Of a stretch of 64,000 nt of DNA, positions 1 to 9,045 are shown piece by piece. The stretch is from Candidatus Omnitrophota bacterium (GTDB taxonomy: Bacteria; Omnitrophota; Gorgyraeia; Zapsychrales; Fredricksoniimonadaceae). The notes below the pieces were generated by a model. That model worked only from the letters and a program-made list of their open reading frames with translations, had not been told where the DNA came from and did not search any database. Position 1 is the stretch's first letter, and each line of letters opens with the position of its first letter. The position numbers and the translations under genes were made by a program. Where the stretch lies: contig PEAF01000003.1 in NCBI GenBank assembly GCA_002753465.1, positions 13,551 through 77,550 on the forward strand, given 5' to 3'.

Positions 1-1265
1 TCAGGCTGATGAGCGTACTCCCAGCTGTCAACTACAAGAAAAGAACTCAAGGACGTTGATTCAACTGGATGAAAATGATCTTTAGGCATAAGCACAGGGA
101 ATATCAGTCCGCCGTCTTCAACAAATTCAAGCCCTGTGAAGTATCTCATTTGACGGCGTGATCCGGTGAATATAATTGAATTGGCAGGGGCGTTATTTTT
201 AAGCCAGTGTGCCGCCGCAGAATAGCCTGTATAGCCCTGCCGTGAGCAAGACAGCAGCTTTAGATGCGTTAACATATCCGAAAATATGGTGACAGAAGCA
301 TAAGCAATAAGAAGGCTGCAGATGATCCGCCTGATCAAATTTTTATCCCCCCAGACAAAGAGCAGATCAATGCCAGCACCCATCAGAATAAATAATGGCG
401 GCAGAAATATCAGGGCATAACGGACCTGCTTCTCACCTGCTGATGAAACAAAGAACAAGGTGATGATAAAAGAGAAGAAGCACAATGATAAAAGTTTATT
501 CTTCGTTTTAAATACACTTATGGTGCCGAGTATAAAGAATAAAAGAATTACCGGGTATGGTAATCTTAAAACATCGTTCAATGAAAGAATGTAGGTCCAC
601 CAGGACCCTTGTTGTAAGTCTCCATACAACGGTGCCAAATAAGGAAAGATCGTCCCGAAAGCGATCTTATTCAATAATAAAAGGAAAATTATTGTTACTA
701 TCGCCGGGAGCAATAAAAAAGACATGTTCCTGCGTGAAAGATGCTGCCGGTTAATAAGAATAAAAACGCAAAGAATCGGAAATACAAGAACTCCTGACCA
801 TTTTACTGTTAAACAAAATGCAGCTGAAATAGCTATCGCCCACAGATAACGCCTGTCTTTCAGTTTGTTGAATGACATTGTCTTTAGCATTAAAAAGTGC
901 AGTAACATAAAACTGCTAAATTGAAGAATATCAGGCAGACAACGTTGGGAAATTGTATAGATAAAGGAGTTTGTTAATATCCAAATACTGATAAGAAAGG
1001 CCGGAAGGCTTTGAGCAACGATCCGTATGCTCATAAAAACAAGGAGAACAACTGTAAATATCAGAAAAAGATTCAGGACGCTGGAACCTGCCAATGGATC
1101 GATATTCAGCAGTTTAAAGAATGATAATAAAAATGGGAATGCCGGTGGATGGAATTCTATAACGCCAGGAGAAAATATTGCGCCCATATCCCTGGCAATA
1201 ACATTGGCTTTCCACGCGTATAATGCTTCATCAGGCCATACCGAGAGATTGTCAACGGATAGCAT
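1..1265 (-). CDS. GT-C family membrane glycosyltransferase (ArnT/PMT_2-like); C-terminus runs off the window
   Basis: Hand translation of the minus strand. It is absent from the ORF track because there is no stop in the window. Sequence reads MLSVDNLSVWPDEALYAWKANVIARDMGAIFSPGVIEFHPPAFPFLL..., followed by many hydrophobic segments (LVFMSIRIV, WAIAISAAFCLTV, VFPILCVFILI, LLLPAIVTIIFLLLL, etc). The DEaxY loop motif is typical of ArnT/PMT-type enzymes. The ATG at 1265 is preceded by an in-frame TGA. Confidence 0.55.
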   Translation of the reverse strand, partial: MLSVDNLSVWPDEALYAWKANVIARDMGAIFSPGVIEFHPPAFPFLLSFFKLLNIDPLAGSSVLNLFLIFTVVLLVFMSIRIVAQSLPAFLISIWILTNSFIYTISQRCLPDILQFSSFMLLHFLMLKTMSFNKLKDRRYLWAIAISAAFCLTVKWSGVLVFPILCVFILINRQHLSRRNMSFLLLPAIVTIIFLLLLNKIAFGTIFPYLAPLYGDLQQGSWWTYILSLNDVLRLPYPVILLFFILGTISVFKTKNKLLSLCFFSFIITLFFVSSAGEKQVRYALIFLPPLFILMGAGIDLLFVWGDKNLIRRIICSLLIAYASVTIFSDMLTHLKLLSCSRQGYTGYSAAAHWLKNNAPANSIIFTGSRRQMRYFTGLEFVEDGGLIFPVLMPKDHFHPVESTSLSSFLVVDSWEYAHQP

Positions 1266-2085
1266 GGATGATATCCTCAGCGATCATGCTTGACTGAGAT
1301 GCACGCTTGGCAGCCCTATCGCCTGCTTCGCCGTGCCACTTGACGCCATATCTGGCTGCTTCAAGAGGTTTAACGCCCTGCGCCAGTAAACCTGCGATCA
1401 TACCCGTAAGAACATCGCCGCTGCCAGCCGTCGCCATGCCTGGATTCCCTGTCTTGTTGATGTATAATTTTCCGTCAGGCGAAGCGACAACTGTACGATG
1501 GCCTTTGAGGACAAGGATACAGTTAAATTTCCTTGAAGAATCTCTGGCAATACCGCTGCGATCTTTTTCAATCGAGGTGCGATCCAATGCGATTAGCCGC
1601 GCCATTTCACCTGGATGAGGCGTTAGGATACGCGGGCCGTTGGCATTTAAAAGAATATCAGTTTTACCTTCAAGCGCGTTTAAAGCGTCAGCATCGACCA
1701 CCATGGGCAAAGGACATGCTTTGATCAAGTGCTGTGCAAAGAGTGCCGTTGAAGGGTTTAAAGATAATCCAGGACCGATGGCGACGGATGAGAATTTATG
1801 GATTGATCGCAGAAGAATTGTCGCTGCCGATACGGAAAATGTCATTTGTTTTGTCTGTGGCAGGCACAGCGTCATAACAACATGGGATATCTTTTTCTGT
1901 AAAGTGAGATTCAGGGCTTTAGGAATAGCGGCGGTGACGAGGCCTGCGCCTGATCGCATGGCGGCTAATGATGTCAGACACGCAGCGCCCAGCATGTTCG
2001 GTGATCCGGCCACAACCAGCACATGGCCGAAGTCATTTTTATGCGAATTACTCTTGCGTCTCAATGACAGCGCTGGCAACGGCAT
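1252..2085 (-). CDS. nnrD: ADP-dependent NAD(P)H-hydrate dehydratase (YjeF C-terminal domain only)
   Basis: Motifs HKNDFGHVLVVAGSPNMLGAACLTSLAAMRSGAGLV and GNPGMATAGSGDVLTGMIAG. There is no N-terminal epimerase domain. The track ORF starts at 2163, which would overlap acpS by 116 nt, so I prefer the ATG at 2085 (MPLPALSLRRKSNSHK). Confidence 0.8.
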   Translation of the reverse strand: MPLPALSLRRKSNSHKNDFGHVLVVAGSPNMLGAACLTSLAAMRSGAGLVTAAIPKALNLTLQKKISHVVMTLCLPQTKQMTFSVSAATILLRSIHKFSSVAIGPGLSLNPSTALFAQHLIKACPLPMVVDADALNALEGKTDILLNANGPRILTPHPGEMARLIALDRTSIEKDRSGIARDSSRKFNCILVLKGHRTVVASPDGKLYINKTGNPGMATAGSGDVLTGMIAGLLAQGVKPLEAARYGVKWHGEAGDRAAKRASQSSMIAEDIIHAIR

Positions 2086-2401
2086 AGAATTTTGAATGGG
2101 ATATAGATAAATGAACGATTTGACCGGGAATGGAGCGATTGATACGGCAAACTGGCTTACCATCGGGAGCGTTTATAACCGTAATGTCCTTCCAAGACAG
2201 CGTCTTGTCACCCAACGCTTTATAAATGGCCTCTTTGGCCGCGAAACGCCCCGCATAATGAGGATAAGGTACGGCATGGGCTTTTGCGTAAGAGATTTCT
2301 TCGGGGTTTAGGATGCGCGTTAGAAAGCGGTCTCCCCACGTTTCTACCGCACTTCGGATACGGGGGATCTCGACAATATCAATGCCCGTGCCTTTGATCA
2401 T
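2048..2401 (-). CDS. acpS: holo-[acyl-carrier-protein] synthase
   Basis: 117 aa, MIKGTGIDIVEIPRIRSAVE...FAAKEAIYKALG, ACPS-type PPTase. It has a 4-nt overlap with pdxJ. Confidence 0.9.
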   Translation of the reverse strand: MIKGTGIDIVEIPRIRSAVETWGDRFLTRILNPEEISYAKAHAVPYPHYAGRFAAKEAIYKALGDKTLSWKDITVINAPDGKPVCRINRSIPGQIVHLSISHSKFYAVASAVIETQE

Positions 2402-3120
2402 ACGCGAGCCTGGGCTAATTCTTTCATCTCTTTTACAGCTTGAGCAAGGCCCGCAAAAACGGCATAGGAAATAATGGAATGCCCGATATTAAGTTCATGC
2501 ATACCCGGTACATTGGCGATCGGGGTCGTATTGTCATATTTCAAACCATGCCCGGCATTGACCACAAGCCCCAACTTCGATGCATATGCTGTCATTTGAA
2601 TAATTCTTTTCAATTCCTTGTTTCTGGCAGCAATTGTTTTAGCCATGGCGTAACAGCCTGTATGTATTTCGATGATGCCGACATTAAGATCGACTGTCCT
2701 GTCGATCTGAGCCTTATCAGGTGCAATAAAAAGGCTTATTTCCGCGCCGTGATCCTTGAGTTTAGCGCAGGCAAGTTTAAGGCGTTTGAATTGTTTGATG
2801 ACATCAAGACCGCCTTCTGTGGTTAATTCCTGACGGCGTTCCGGAACCAGGGTTACCTGTTCGGGCTTTAACTTGCAAGCGACATTAACGATCTCTGGGG
2901 CGATCGACATTTCCAGGTTGAAGCGAATTGAGAGCCTCTCTCGGAGCAGTTTGACATCATTATCATTAATATGCCGACGGTCTTCCCGCAAGTGGGCTAC
3001 GATTGAATCAGCCCCGGCCTGTTGGCAGATCAGGGCTGCCTTGATCGGATCAGGATCTGATTCGCGACGAGCCTGACGTAACGTAGCCACGTGATCTATA
3101 TTGACACCCAGTAATGCCAT
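2398..3120 (-). CDS. pdxJ: pyridoxine 5'-phosphate synthase
   Basis: 240 aa with LGVNIDHVATLRQARR, IEIHTG and VNAGHGL motifs. Confidence 0.95.
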   Translation of the reverse strand: MALLGVNIDHVATLRQARRESDPDPIKAALICQQAGADSIVAHLREDRRHINDNDVKLLRERLSIRFNLEMSIAPEIVNVACKLKPEQVTLVPERRQELTTEGGLDVIKQFKRLKLACAKLKDHGAEISLFIAPDKAQIDRTVDLNVGIIEIHTGCYAMAKTIAARNKELKRIIQMTAYASKLGLVVNAGHGLKYDNTTPIANVPGMHELNIGHSIISYAVFAGLAQAVKEMKELAQARV

Positions 3121-3134
3121 GGCGCGGTTATTCC

Positions 3135-3233
3135 TTATCTTAAGATCTCGCCGTTAACGTAGATCCATGTAATGATCGCAAGGCCTAAAGCGATGATCTT
3201 AAGGGCAAGATTGGTTGTCAGGAAGTCTCTCAT
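3135..3233 (-). CDS. 32-aa TM-only remnant of the CdaA regulator CdaR (YbbR family) - micro-ORF or vestige
   Basis: Hand-found and below the ORF-track length cutoff. The ATG overlaps the cdaA stop as ATGA. An AAAGG lies 7 nt upstream. It translates to MRDFLTTNLALKIIALGLAIITWIYVNGEILR*. This resembles the N-terminal membrane anchor of YbbR/CdaR proteins and sits at the position cdaR normally occupies after cdaA. Confidence 0.45.
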   Translation of the reverse strand: MRDFLTTNLALKIIALGLAIITWIYVNGEILR

Positions 3234-4003
3234 TTCTTTGCCTTTGTAGTGGTGAACAAAAGATCTTTGAGCACGGATTGAAGCCGTTCAGGCCCGGTAA
3301 TAGGGATAAATTTTCCGTCACAGGCAACAGATATCTCGCCGGTTTCTTCAGAGACCAAGAGAACAACGGCGTCCGTATGCTCCGTCAGTCCGAGCGCTGC
3401 ACGGTGACGCGTTCCGATGATCTTGCTTAAATTCATGTTGTCCGTTAACGGGAACAGGCATGCCGCCGCTACGATCCGCTGTCCGCGAACAACAACTCCC
3501 CCGTCATGGATAGGCGATTCATGCTTGAAAATTGTCTGGGCTATTTCCGAAGAAATAAGCCCGTCGATCTGAACGCCACTTTCAGCGTATGTATCAAGCT
3601 TTGTTTCTCGTTCAAAAGCGATCAGGCATCCTGTTTTCTTCTCAGACAACTTGAAAGCGGCGTCCGACAGTTCACCGATCGAGGCCACGACATCAGATTC
3701 TTCCATAAAAAGGTTGAAGAAATGCCCTCGGCCTAATCGAGCTAAACCATGACGCAGTTCCTGTTGAAAAATAATGACCAGGGCCAGTACGGAAATGGCG
3801 AAAACTTTCATCAGCAACCAATTAAGCGTATCAAACCGCAGTAACTGAGCTAAAAGGAACGCAACGGCCAAGTAGGTTACACCTTTTAGAACTTGGAATG
3901 CACGTGTCCCTTGGAAGAAAATAAGGATACGATAAAAGATCCACCATAAAACCAGGATCTCGGCAATGGGCTTGATCATGGACCAGAGTTCAAAGAAGTT
4001 CAT
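3230..4003 (-). CDS. cdaA: diadenylate cyclase CdaA (membrane-anchored DAC domain)
   Basis: N-terminal TM helices followed by a DAC domain: HDGGVVVRGQRIVAAACLFPL, GTRHRAALGLTEHTDAVVLLVSEETGEISVA. Confidence 0.9.
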   Translation of the reverse strand: MNFFELWSMIKPIAEILVLWWIFYRILIFFQGTRAFQVLKGVTYLAVAFLLAQLLRFDTLNWLLMKVFAISVLALVIIFQQELRHGLARLGRGHFFNLFMEESDVVASIGELSDAAFKLSEKKTGCLIAFERETKLDTYAESGVQIDGLISSEIAQTIFKHESPIHDGGVVVRGQRIVAAACLFPLTDNMNLSKIIGTRHRAALGLTEHTDAVVLLVSEETGEISVACDGKFIPITGPERLQSVLKDLLFTTTKAKK

Positions 4004-4018
4004 GCATCTATCCTCGGG

Positions 4019-4888
4019 TTATGAAGCTTTCATTATAGCATCAGTCACACTGAGTGCTTGCTTCATTTCTTTAACATCATGTACGCGGACAATATGAGCG
4101 CCGCATGAAGCCGCCATGACAGCACTGGCTATAGTACCTGCCAGCCGGTTGGTTGAATCGTTATTAAGAACCTTGCCGATAAAGGACTTGCGTGATGTCC
4201 CTACAAGGATCGGTAAATGTAAACGGGCAAACAAATTTAGATTCTTTAATAAAGAAAGATTTTGTTCTGCTGTCTTTGAGAACCCGATCCCGGGATCTAT
4301 TACAATGTTTTGATTATTTACGCCACAGTCTTCACAAATTTTTAAGGCATGCGAAAGTTCGTTCAGTATACCGTGTACAACATCTTTGTAAGTTGTTAAA
4401 GACTGCATGTTCCTGGGTGTTCCGCGCATATGCATCAGAATAAGCCCGGCGTTATATCTTTTTACAGTTTTCAATAAAGCAATTTGAGGCGGCGTTCCTT
4501 TGATCGTATTAATGATCGACGCCCCTGCGTCCAATGCTTGCTGCGCGACAACCGGTTTATAGGTATCCACCGATATGGGGATCTTGACGCGTTTGGCCAG
4601 AGCGCTGACCAAGGGGATGACACGCCGCAATTCATCTTGAACAGCAACACATTTAGCCCCGGGCCGTGTCGACTCCCCGCCAATATCAAGGATATCAGCC
4701 CCCAGATCATGAAGTTTTAACGCGTATGAAAGTCCGGGGACTTTTTCATTTTTATATTTGGAAAGAACACCATCCCCGCTGAATGAATCAGGTGTTGCAT
4801 TGATGATCCCCATGATCAACGTTCGTTCACCCAGGGCGATTGTAAAAGAACGTGCGCGCCAATTAAAAGGGCGGCGCATTTTAAGCAT
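4019..4888 (-). CDS. folP: dihydropteroate synthase
   Basis: IMGIINATPDSFSGDG, DIGGESTRPG, SVDTYKP, DPGIGFSKT. The start overlaps the ftsH stop (TGATG). Confidence 0.93.
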   Translation of the reverse strand: MLKMRRPFNWRARSFTIALGERTLIMGIINATPDSFSGDGVLSKYKNEKVPGLSYALKLHDLGADILDIGGESTRPGAKCVAVQDELRRVIPLVSALAKRVKIPISVDTYKPVVAQQALDAGASIINTIKGTPPQIALLKTVKRYNAGLILMHMRGTPRNMQSLTTYKDVVHGILNELSHALKICEDCGVNNQNIVIDPGIGFSKTAEQNLSLLKNLNLFARLHLPILVGTSRKSFIGKVLNNDSTNRLAGTIASAVMAASCGAHIVRVHDVKEMKQALSVTDAIMKAS

Positions 4889-6798
4889 CAGACCTCAACC
4901 TTGGGCGCCAGCGGAAAACCTAAAAGCGTACGTGCTTCTTCAATATCCATAACTTCTTTTTCGATCAAACGATTGGCAATAATATCTAATTTGTCCCTGT
5001 TTTCAGTAATGATCGTTTTGGCACGCTGATAAGCCGCATCGACCAGTTTCTTGACCTCTTCATCGATCATTCTGGCGGTATCAGGGCTGAAATCTTTTTC
5101 ATCAAACAAGTCTCGTCCGAGAAAAGATGGGTGCGCATTGCGTCCATACGCACGCTTACCCAAAGCATCATTCATACCAAAAGCACAAACCATGCTGCGT
5201 GCCAGTGAAGATACTTTTTCAAGGTCGTTGGAAACACCGGTTGTTGTATCATTCATAAAGACTTCTTCACCCACCAACCCTCCCAAAAGAACTGTCATTT
5301 GGCCAAAAAGTTCTTTTCGCGTGTAGTAATGTTTGTCTTCAGTCGGAGGGGTTAACGTATATCCACCCGCCATACCGCGCGGAATAATGGAAACCTTGGA
5401 GAACGTATCGACTTCCGGAATATAAAGACTGAGTAATGCATGGCCTGCCTCGTGATGGGCCGTCATTTCTTTTTCTTTTTTGGAAGTTGTATGAGATTTT
5501 TTCTCAGGGCCTAAAGTAACACGCTCAACGGCTGCCAGGAATTCGGCCATGGTCACTGTTTCAAGGTTGCGACGTGCTGCTAAAAGAGCCGCTTCATTGC
5601 AGACATTGGCAAGATCAGCTCCGGAGAAATAAACAGTTTGTTGCGCTATGCGGCGCAAATCTACATCAGGATCCAATTTGATCCTGGTCGAATGAACTTT
5701 AAGAATTCCTTCACGTCCATTGATATCAGGCAATCCGACAACGATACGCCGGTCAAAGCGTCCCGGACGCAATAAAGCCGGATCAAGCGTATCTGGGCGG
5801 TTTGTTGCTGCCATAACGATCAACCCGCTTGGGCCGCTAAAGCCATCCATTTCAACCAGCAGGGCATTCAATGTCTGTTCACGTTCATCATTGCCACCGC
5901 CGATGCCGGCAAAACGCTGACGGCCGACAGCATCAATTTCATCAATGAAAATAATGCCGCCTTTGGTTGAAACGCGCGCGGCTTTACGCGCCTGCTCGAA
6001 CAGATCACGTACGCGTGAAGCCCCGACACCCACAAACATTTCTACAAAGTCGGAACCGCTTAAAGAGAAAAATGGAACATCAGCTTCCCCGGCGACAGCT
6101 TTCGCTAAAAGCGTTTTACCGGTACCCGGAGGTCCAACGAGAAGAACGCCTTTAGGGATTTTTCCTCCAAGCCGTTCAAATTTCTTGGGCTCTTTAAGGA
6201 ACTCAATGATCTCCTGAAGCTCCTCTTTGGCTTCATCTACACCTGCAACATCAGCAAAAGTGATCTTGTTCTGCCCTTTCTCACTGACTTTGGCGCGAGA
6301 CTTGCCGAAAGACCAAACCTTGTTCACGCCTTCTGCACCGCGGCGTCCAATGAACCAGATAAAAAAGATGATCAGAAAAACAGGCACGAAAGAAAAGAAA
6401 ACCTGGCTCCAGAATGTTTCCATTGGCTGGACATTCATATTATCGACGTTGTCACGAAGCGCCGACAATAGATCTTTATCATCATTGGGAATATTTATAC
6501 GAAGCTCGGATCCGTCTTTAAGTGTAGCGCGAATGATATTCTCCGCACCCTCGGAAAGAGTTACCTTTTTAATGGCCCTGCTCTCTTTATTTGTTTTTAC
6601 CAGGGCATAAAACTGGCTGTAGGTCATTTTTGGCGCAGTTTTGGTATTGGTCGCGGGTTGACCGGCAATGATAAGGAACACGCAGATGATGATAATCCAA
6701 AAGATCCACACACCGCTGCCGTCTTTATTATTAAAAGGCCCCGTCGATTTACGCGGCGGGACGTTTTTCTTTTGAGAGGGTAATTTTTCTTCTGCCAT
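4888..6798 (-). CDS. ftsH: ATP-dependent zinc metalloprotease FtsH
   Basis: 636 aa. Two N-terminal TM segments, Walker [24 protein letters not shown] region, and Zn site HEAGHAL. Confidence 0.97.
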   Translation of the reverse strand: MAEEKLPSQKKNVPPRKSTGPFNNKDGSGVWIFWIIIICVFLIIAGQPATNTKTAPKMTYSQFYALVKTNKESRAIKKVTLSEGAENIIRATLKDGSELRINIPNDDKDLLSALRDNVDNMNVQPMETFWSQVFFSFVPVFLIIFFIWFIGRRGAEGVNKVWSFGKSRAKVSEKGQNKITFADVAGVDEAKEELQEIIEFLKEPKKFERLGGKIPKGVLLVGPPGTGKTLLAKAVAGEADVPFFSLSGSDFVEMFVGVGASRVRDLFEQARKAARVSTKGGIIFIDEIDAVGRQRFAGIGGGNDEREQTLNALLVEMDGFSGPSGLIVMAATNRPDTLDPALLRPGRFDRRIVVGLPDINGREGILKVHSTRIKLDPDVDLRRIAQQTVYFSGADLANVCNEAALLAARRNLETVTMAEFLAAVERVTLGPEKKSHTTSKKEKEMTAHHEAGHALLSLYIPEVDTFSKVSIIPRGMAGGYTLTPPTEDKHYYTRKELFGQMTVLLGGLVGEEVFMNDTTTGVSNDLEKVSSLARSMVCAFGMNDALGKRAYGRNAHPSFLGRDLFDEKDFSPDTARMIDEEVKKLVDAAYQRAKTIITENRDKLDIIANRLIEKEVMDIEEARTLLGFPLAPKVEV

Positions 6799-6812
6799 TA
6801 AAACTCCTGATA

Positions 6813-8030
6813 TTAGTAATTCTGTTCAAATTCCAATTTTCCGCGATTGTCAAAACCTTTGCGTTTGACCTTTACACCAGCTGCATATGAATCTATATAA
6901 GCAAGATCACCTTTTTCGTGAAATATTCTCGTTTCACCATCGATCTTGCCGTTCACGTAATTCTCTTCGCTTAACAACTCACCTGTTTGAAAGAATGACT
7001 TTGAAGGGCCGGATTGAATGCCGTTAACGATCTCCCACTCCTGTTTTACACCACCGTTAGGAAAATGCTCGCGCATCTTTCCGTTCTGGCGACCTTTGTC
7101 GTAGGTAACTTCCATCCACAAAGACCCCGTATCCTTATATTCGCGTGCCAGACCCTGCTTCTCACCGGATTTATAGGCCCAATCTAGCCATAATTTCCCA
7201 TTAGGGTAGTACTCTTTGCAAGGCCCGTCTTTCTGGCCCTGTTTATAATAGCACTCACTTTTGATGTTGCTGTTCTGAAAATATTCTTTGACCAGACCGT
7301 TGTACTGATTCTCGATATAATCAGCTTCAAGTAAAAGGATCCCGTTCTTGCTGAATTTCTTACCGACGCCGGAAATATCGCCGTCACGGAATGTTAATGA
7401 CCACTCCTCCTTGCCATTATCATAATATGTTCTTGAGTTGCCCGATTTTTGACCGTTCTCATAATTCCAGATAGCATATAAAGAGCCGTTGTCTTTAAAT
7501 TCTTTAGCTACGCCATTTAACTCATTGTCCCGGTAGTGTACTTCACTCGTAAGAACACCACTGGTGTTGTATTCACGGCTTGTCCCATTGAGCTGCCCTT
7601 CGGTGAACTCAAGCGTATATTTCAAAACCCCGTTATCATAGAAATATTTGCAAATCCCGTCGAGATTATCATACTTGTAGTTTTCTATATTTTTCTGATT
7701 ACCATTCTCGAAAAATTCTTTACTTAAGCCGTGCTGGAGGCCATTAACATAGAACTTTTCAATAAAGAGAGTTGCATCGCTATAGTACGATTTATAAGGC
7801 CCTTCCAGTAAACCATCCTTATAAGCGCCGACAGTAAGGATCTTGCCATCTGAGTAATATTCACGGAAGGTACCATTAAGCTTGTTGTTAAGGTAAGTTT
7901 TTTCTGTTTTGACACGTCCGTCATCAAAGAGCTCTTTGACGACGCCATCAGGAAATCCCTGGGCTTGTGCGTAACAGGTAGAAAATAGAATGGAAATAAT
8001 GAGAATGAATCTTTTCAAAAGAAACCTCAT
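6813..8030 (-). CDS. secreted MORN-variant (YwqK-like) repeat protein
   Basis: Signal peptide MRFLLKRFILIISILFSTCYAQA. It is followed by about 15-16 consecutive ~24-aa repeats of the form xGxxkEYYxNGxxxxExxYxxGxx. Confidence 0.75.
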   Translation of the reverse strand: MRFLLKRFILIISILFSTCYAQAQGFPDGVVKELFDDGRVKTEKTYLNNKLNGTFREYYSDGKILTVGAYKDGLLEGPYKSYYSDATLFIEKFYVNGLQHGLSKEFFENGNQKNIENYKYDNLDGICKYFYDNGVLKYTLEFTEGQLNGTSREYNTSGVLTSEVHYRDNELNGVAKEFKDNGSLYAIWNYENGQKSGNSRTYYDNGKEEWSLTFRDGDISGVGKKFSKNGILLLEADYIENQYNGLVKEYFQNSNIKSECYYKQGQKDGPCKEYYPNGKLWLDWAYKSGEKQGLAREYKDTGSLWMEVTYDKGRQNGKMREHFPNGGVKQEWEIVNGIQSGPSKSFFQTGELLSEENYVNGKIDGETRIFHEKGDLAYIDSYAAGVKVKRKGFDNRGKLEFEQNY

Positions 8031-8076
8031 TAAGGAATAATAATTTTATATATAGTATACGTAGTAAGAAATATTC

Positions 8077-9045
8077 TCAAGAAAGACTTATGAATTTCTT
8101 ATTGATCATGATTTTAAGATCAGCACCGCAGGAAATTTTATGGGTACTTCCGGTCTGTTCGGCAAGAACTTCGATCAATGAAACATGTTTTAAGGATAAA
8201 CCACCCTGGCCCCCGGCAATACGTTTCGCCGCTTCGCGCAGAAGCATCCGGCGCATTGATCTGGGCAGCATTTTCCACTCGCTAAGCTGAATTTGGACCT
8301 TCCCCCTGCTTTGAACAACTACTTTAGGCCAAATTTGATTAAGTTCTTCAGCCAACACATCATAATCAATGGCGGCATTAACGGCTAGTTCGGCAAGTTT
8401 TTCAGTAATGGCAGGTGTAAAATTCCTGGAAATATACGGGATCAACGCATGGCGGATCTTGTTACGCAGAAAAATATCCTGTCTGTTACTGGGGTCTTCT
8501 ATATGCTTGGCCTTGATCTGGACCATGAATTTTTCTAAGGCAGAACGCCTTGTGTTCAGTAATGGCCTTAGAAAAAGCACGCCGTTAATTTCTCTGGCCG
8601 GCAGAATAGACCTTAAGCCTGAAAGTCCTGTGCCTCTGATGATCCTCATTAAAACAGTTTCAGCCAGGTCATCCTGTGTGTGCGCAAGGATGACGGCATC
8701 AGCGCTCAATCTTCCGGCGACTCTAAAGAAGAAATCAAAGCGTTGCTCCCGGGCAAATTCTTCCGTAGAAATGCCTTTAGCGCATTTCTTATGATTTTTC
8801 TCTGTAATAAAAACAAAACCCAATTCTGCCGCTATCCTGGATACGAAATGAGCATCCTTTGATGAACCCGGACGTAAAGCATGATCATAATGAACAACAA
8901 TGATCTCGATGGCAAGGTTATGCTTGATGCGGTTCAAAAGATGCAACAAAGCAATTGAATCAAGCCCGCCGGATACGCCAACCAGCACTTTAGAAGCGCG
9001 CGGAATGATCGTTTGATCAAGCATGTCTTCGGGAGTTGTTACCAT
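8077..9045 (-). CDS. tilS: tRNA(Ile)-lysidine synthase
   Basis: PP-loop VGVSGGLDSIALLHLL, HYDHALR, and 322 aa length. Confidence 0.9.
   Translation of the reverse strand: MVTTPEDMLDQTIIPRASKVLVGVSGGLDSIALLHLLNRIKHNLAIEIIVVHYDHALRPGSSKDAHFVSRIAAELGFVFITEKNHKKCAKGISTEEFAREQRFDFFFRVAGRLSADAVILAHTQDDLAETVLMRIIRGTGLSGLRSILPAREINGVLFLRPLLNTRRSALEKFMVQIKAKHIEDPSNRQDIFLRNKIRHALIPYISRNFTPAITEKLAELAVNAAIDYDVLAEELNQIWPKVVVQSRGKVQIQLSEWKMLPRSMRRMLLREAAKRIAGGQGGLSLKHVSLIEVLAEQTGSTHKISCGADLKIMINKKFISLS

Noticed and set aside
557-1293. Track ORFs 557-754 (+) and 1027-1293 (+) in a region where the track shows no minus-strand gene.
   Set aside because: Hand translation shows an uninterrupted minus-strand membrane-protein frame across 1-1265. 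It is missing from the track only because it has no stop in the window. The plus-strand ORFs are antisense to it.
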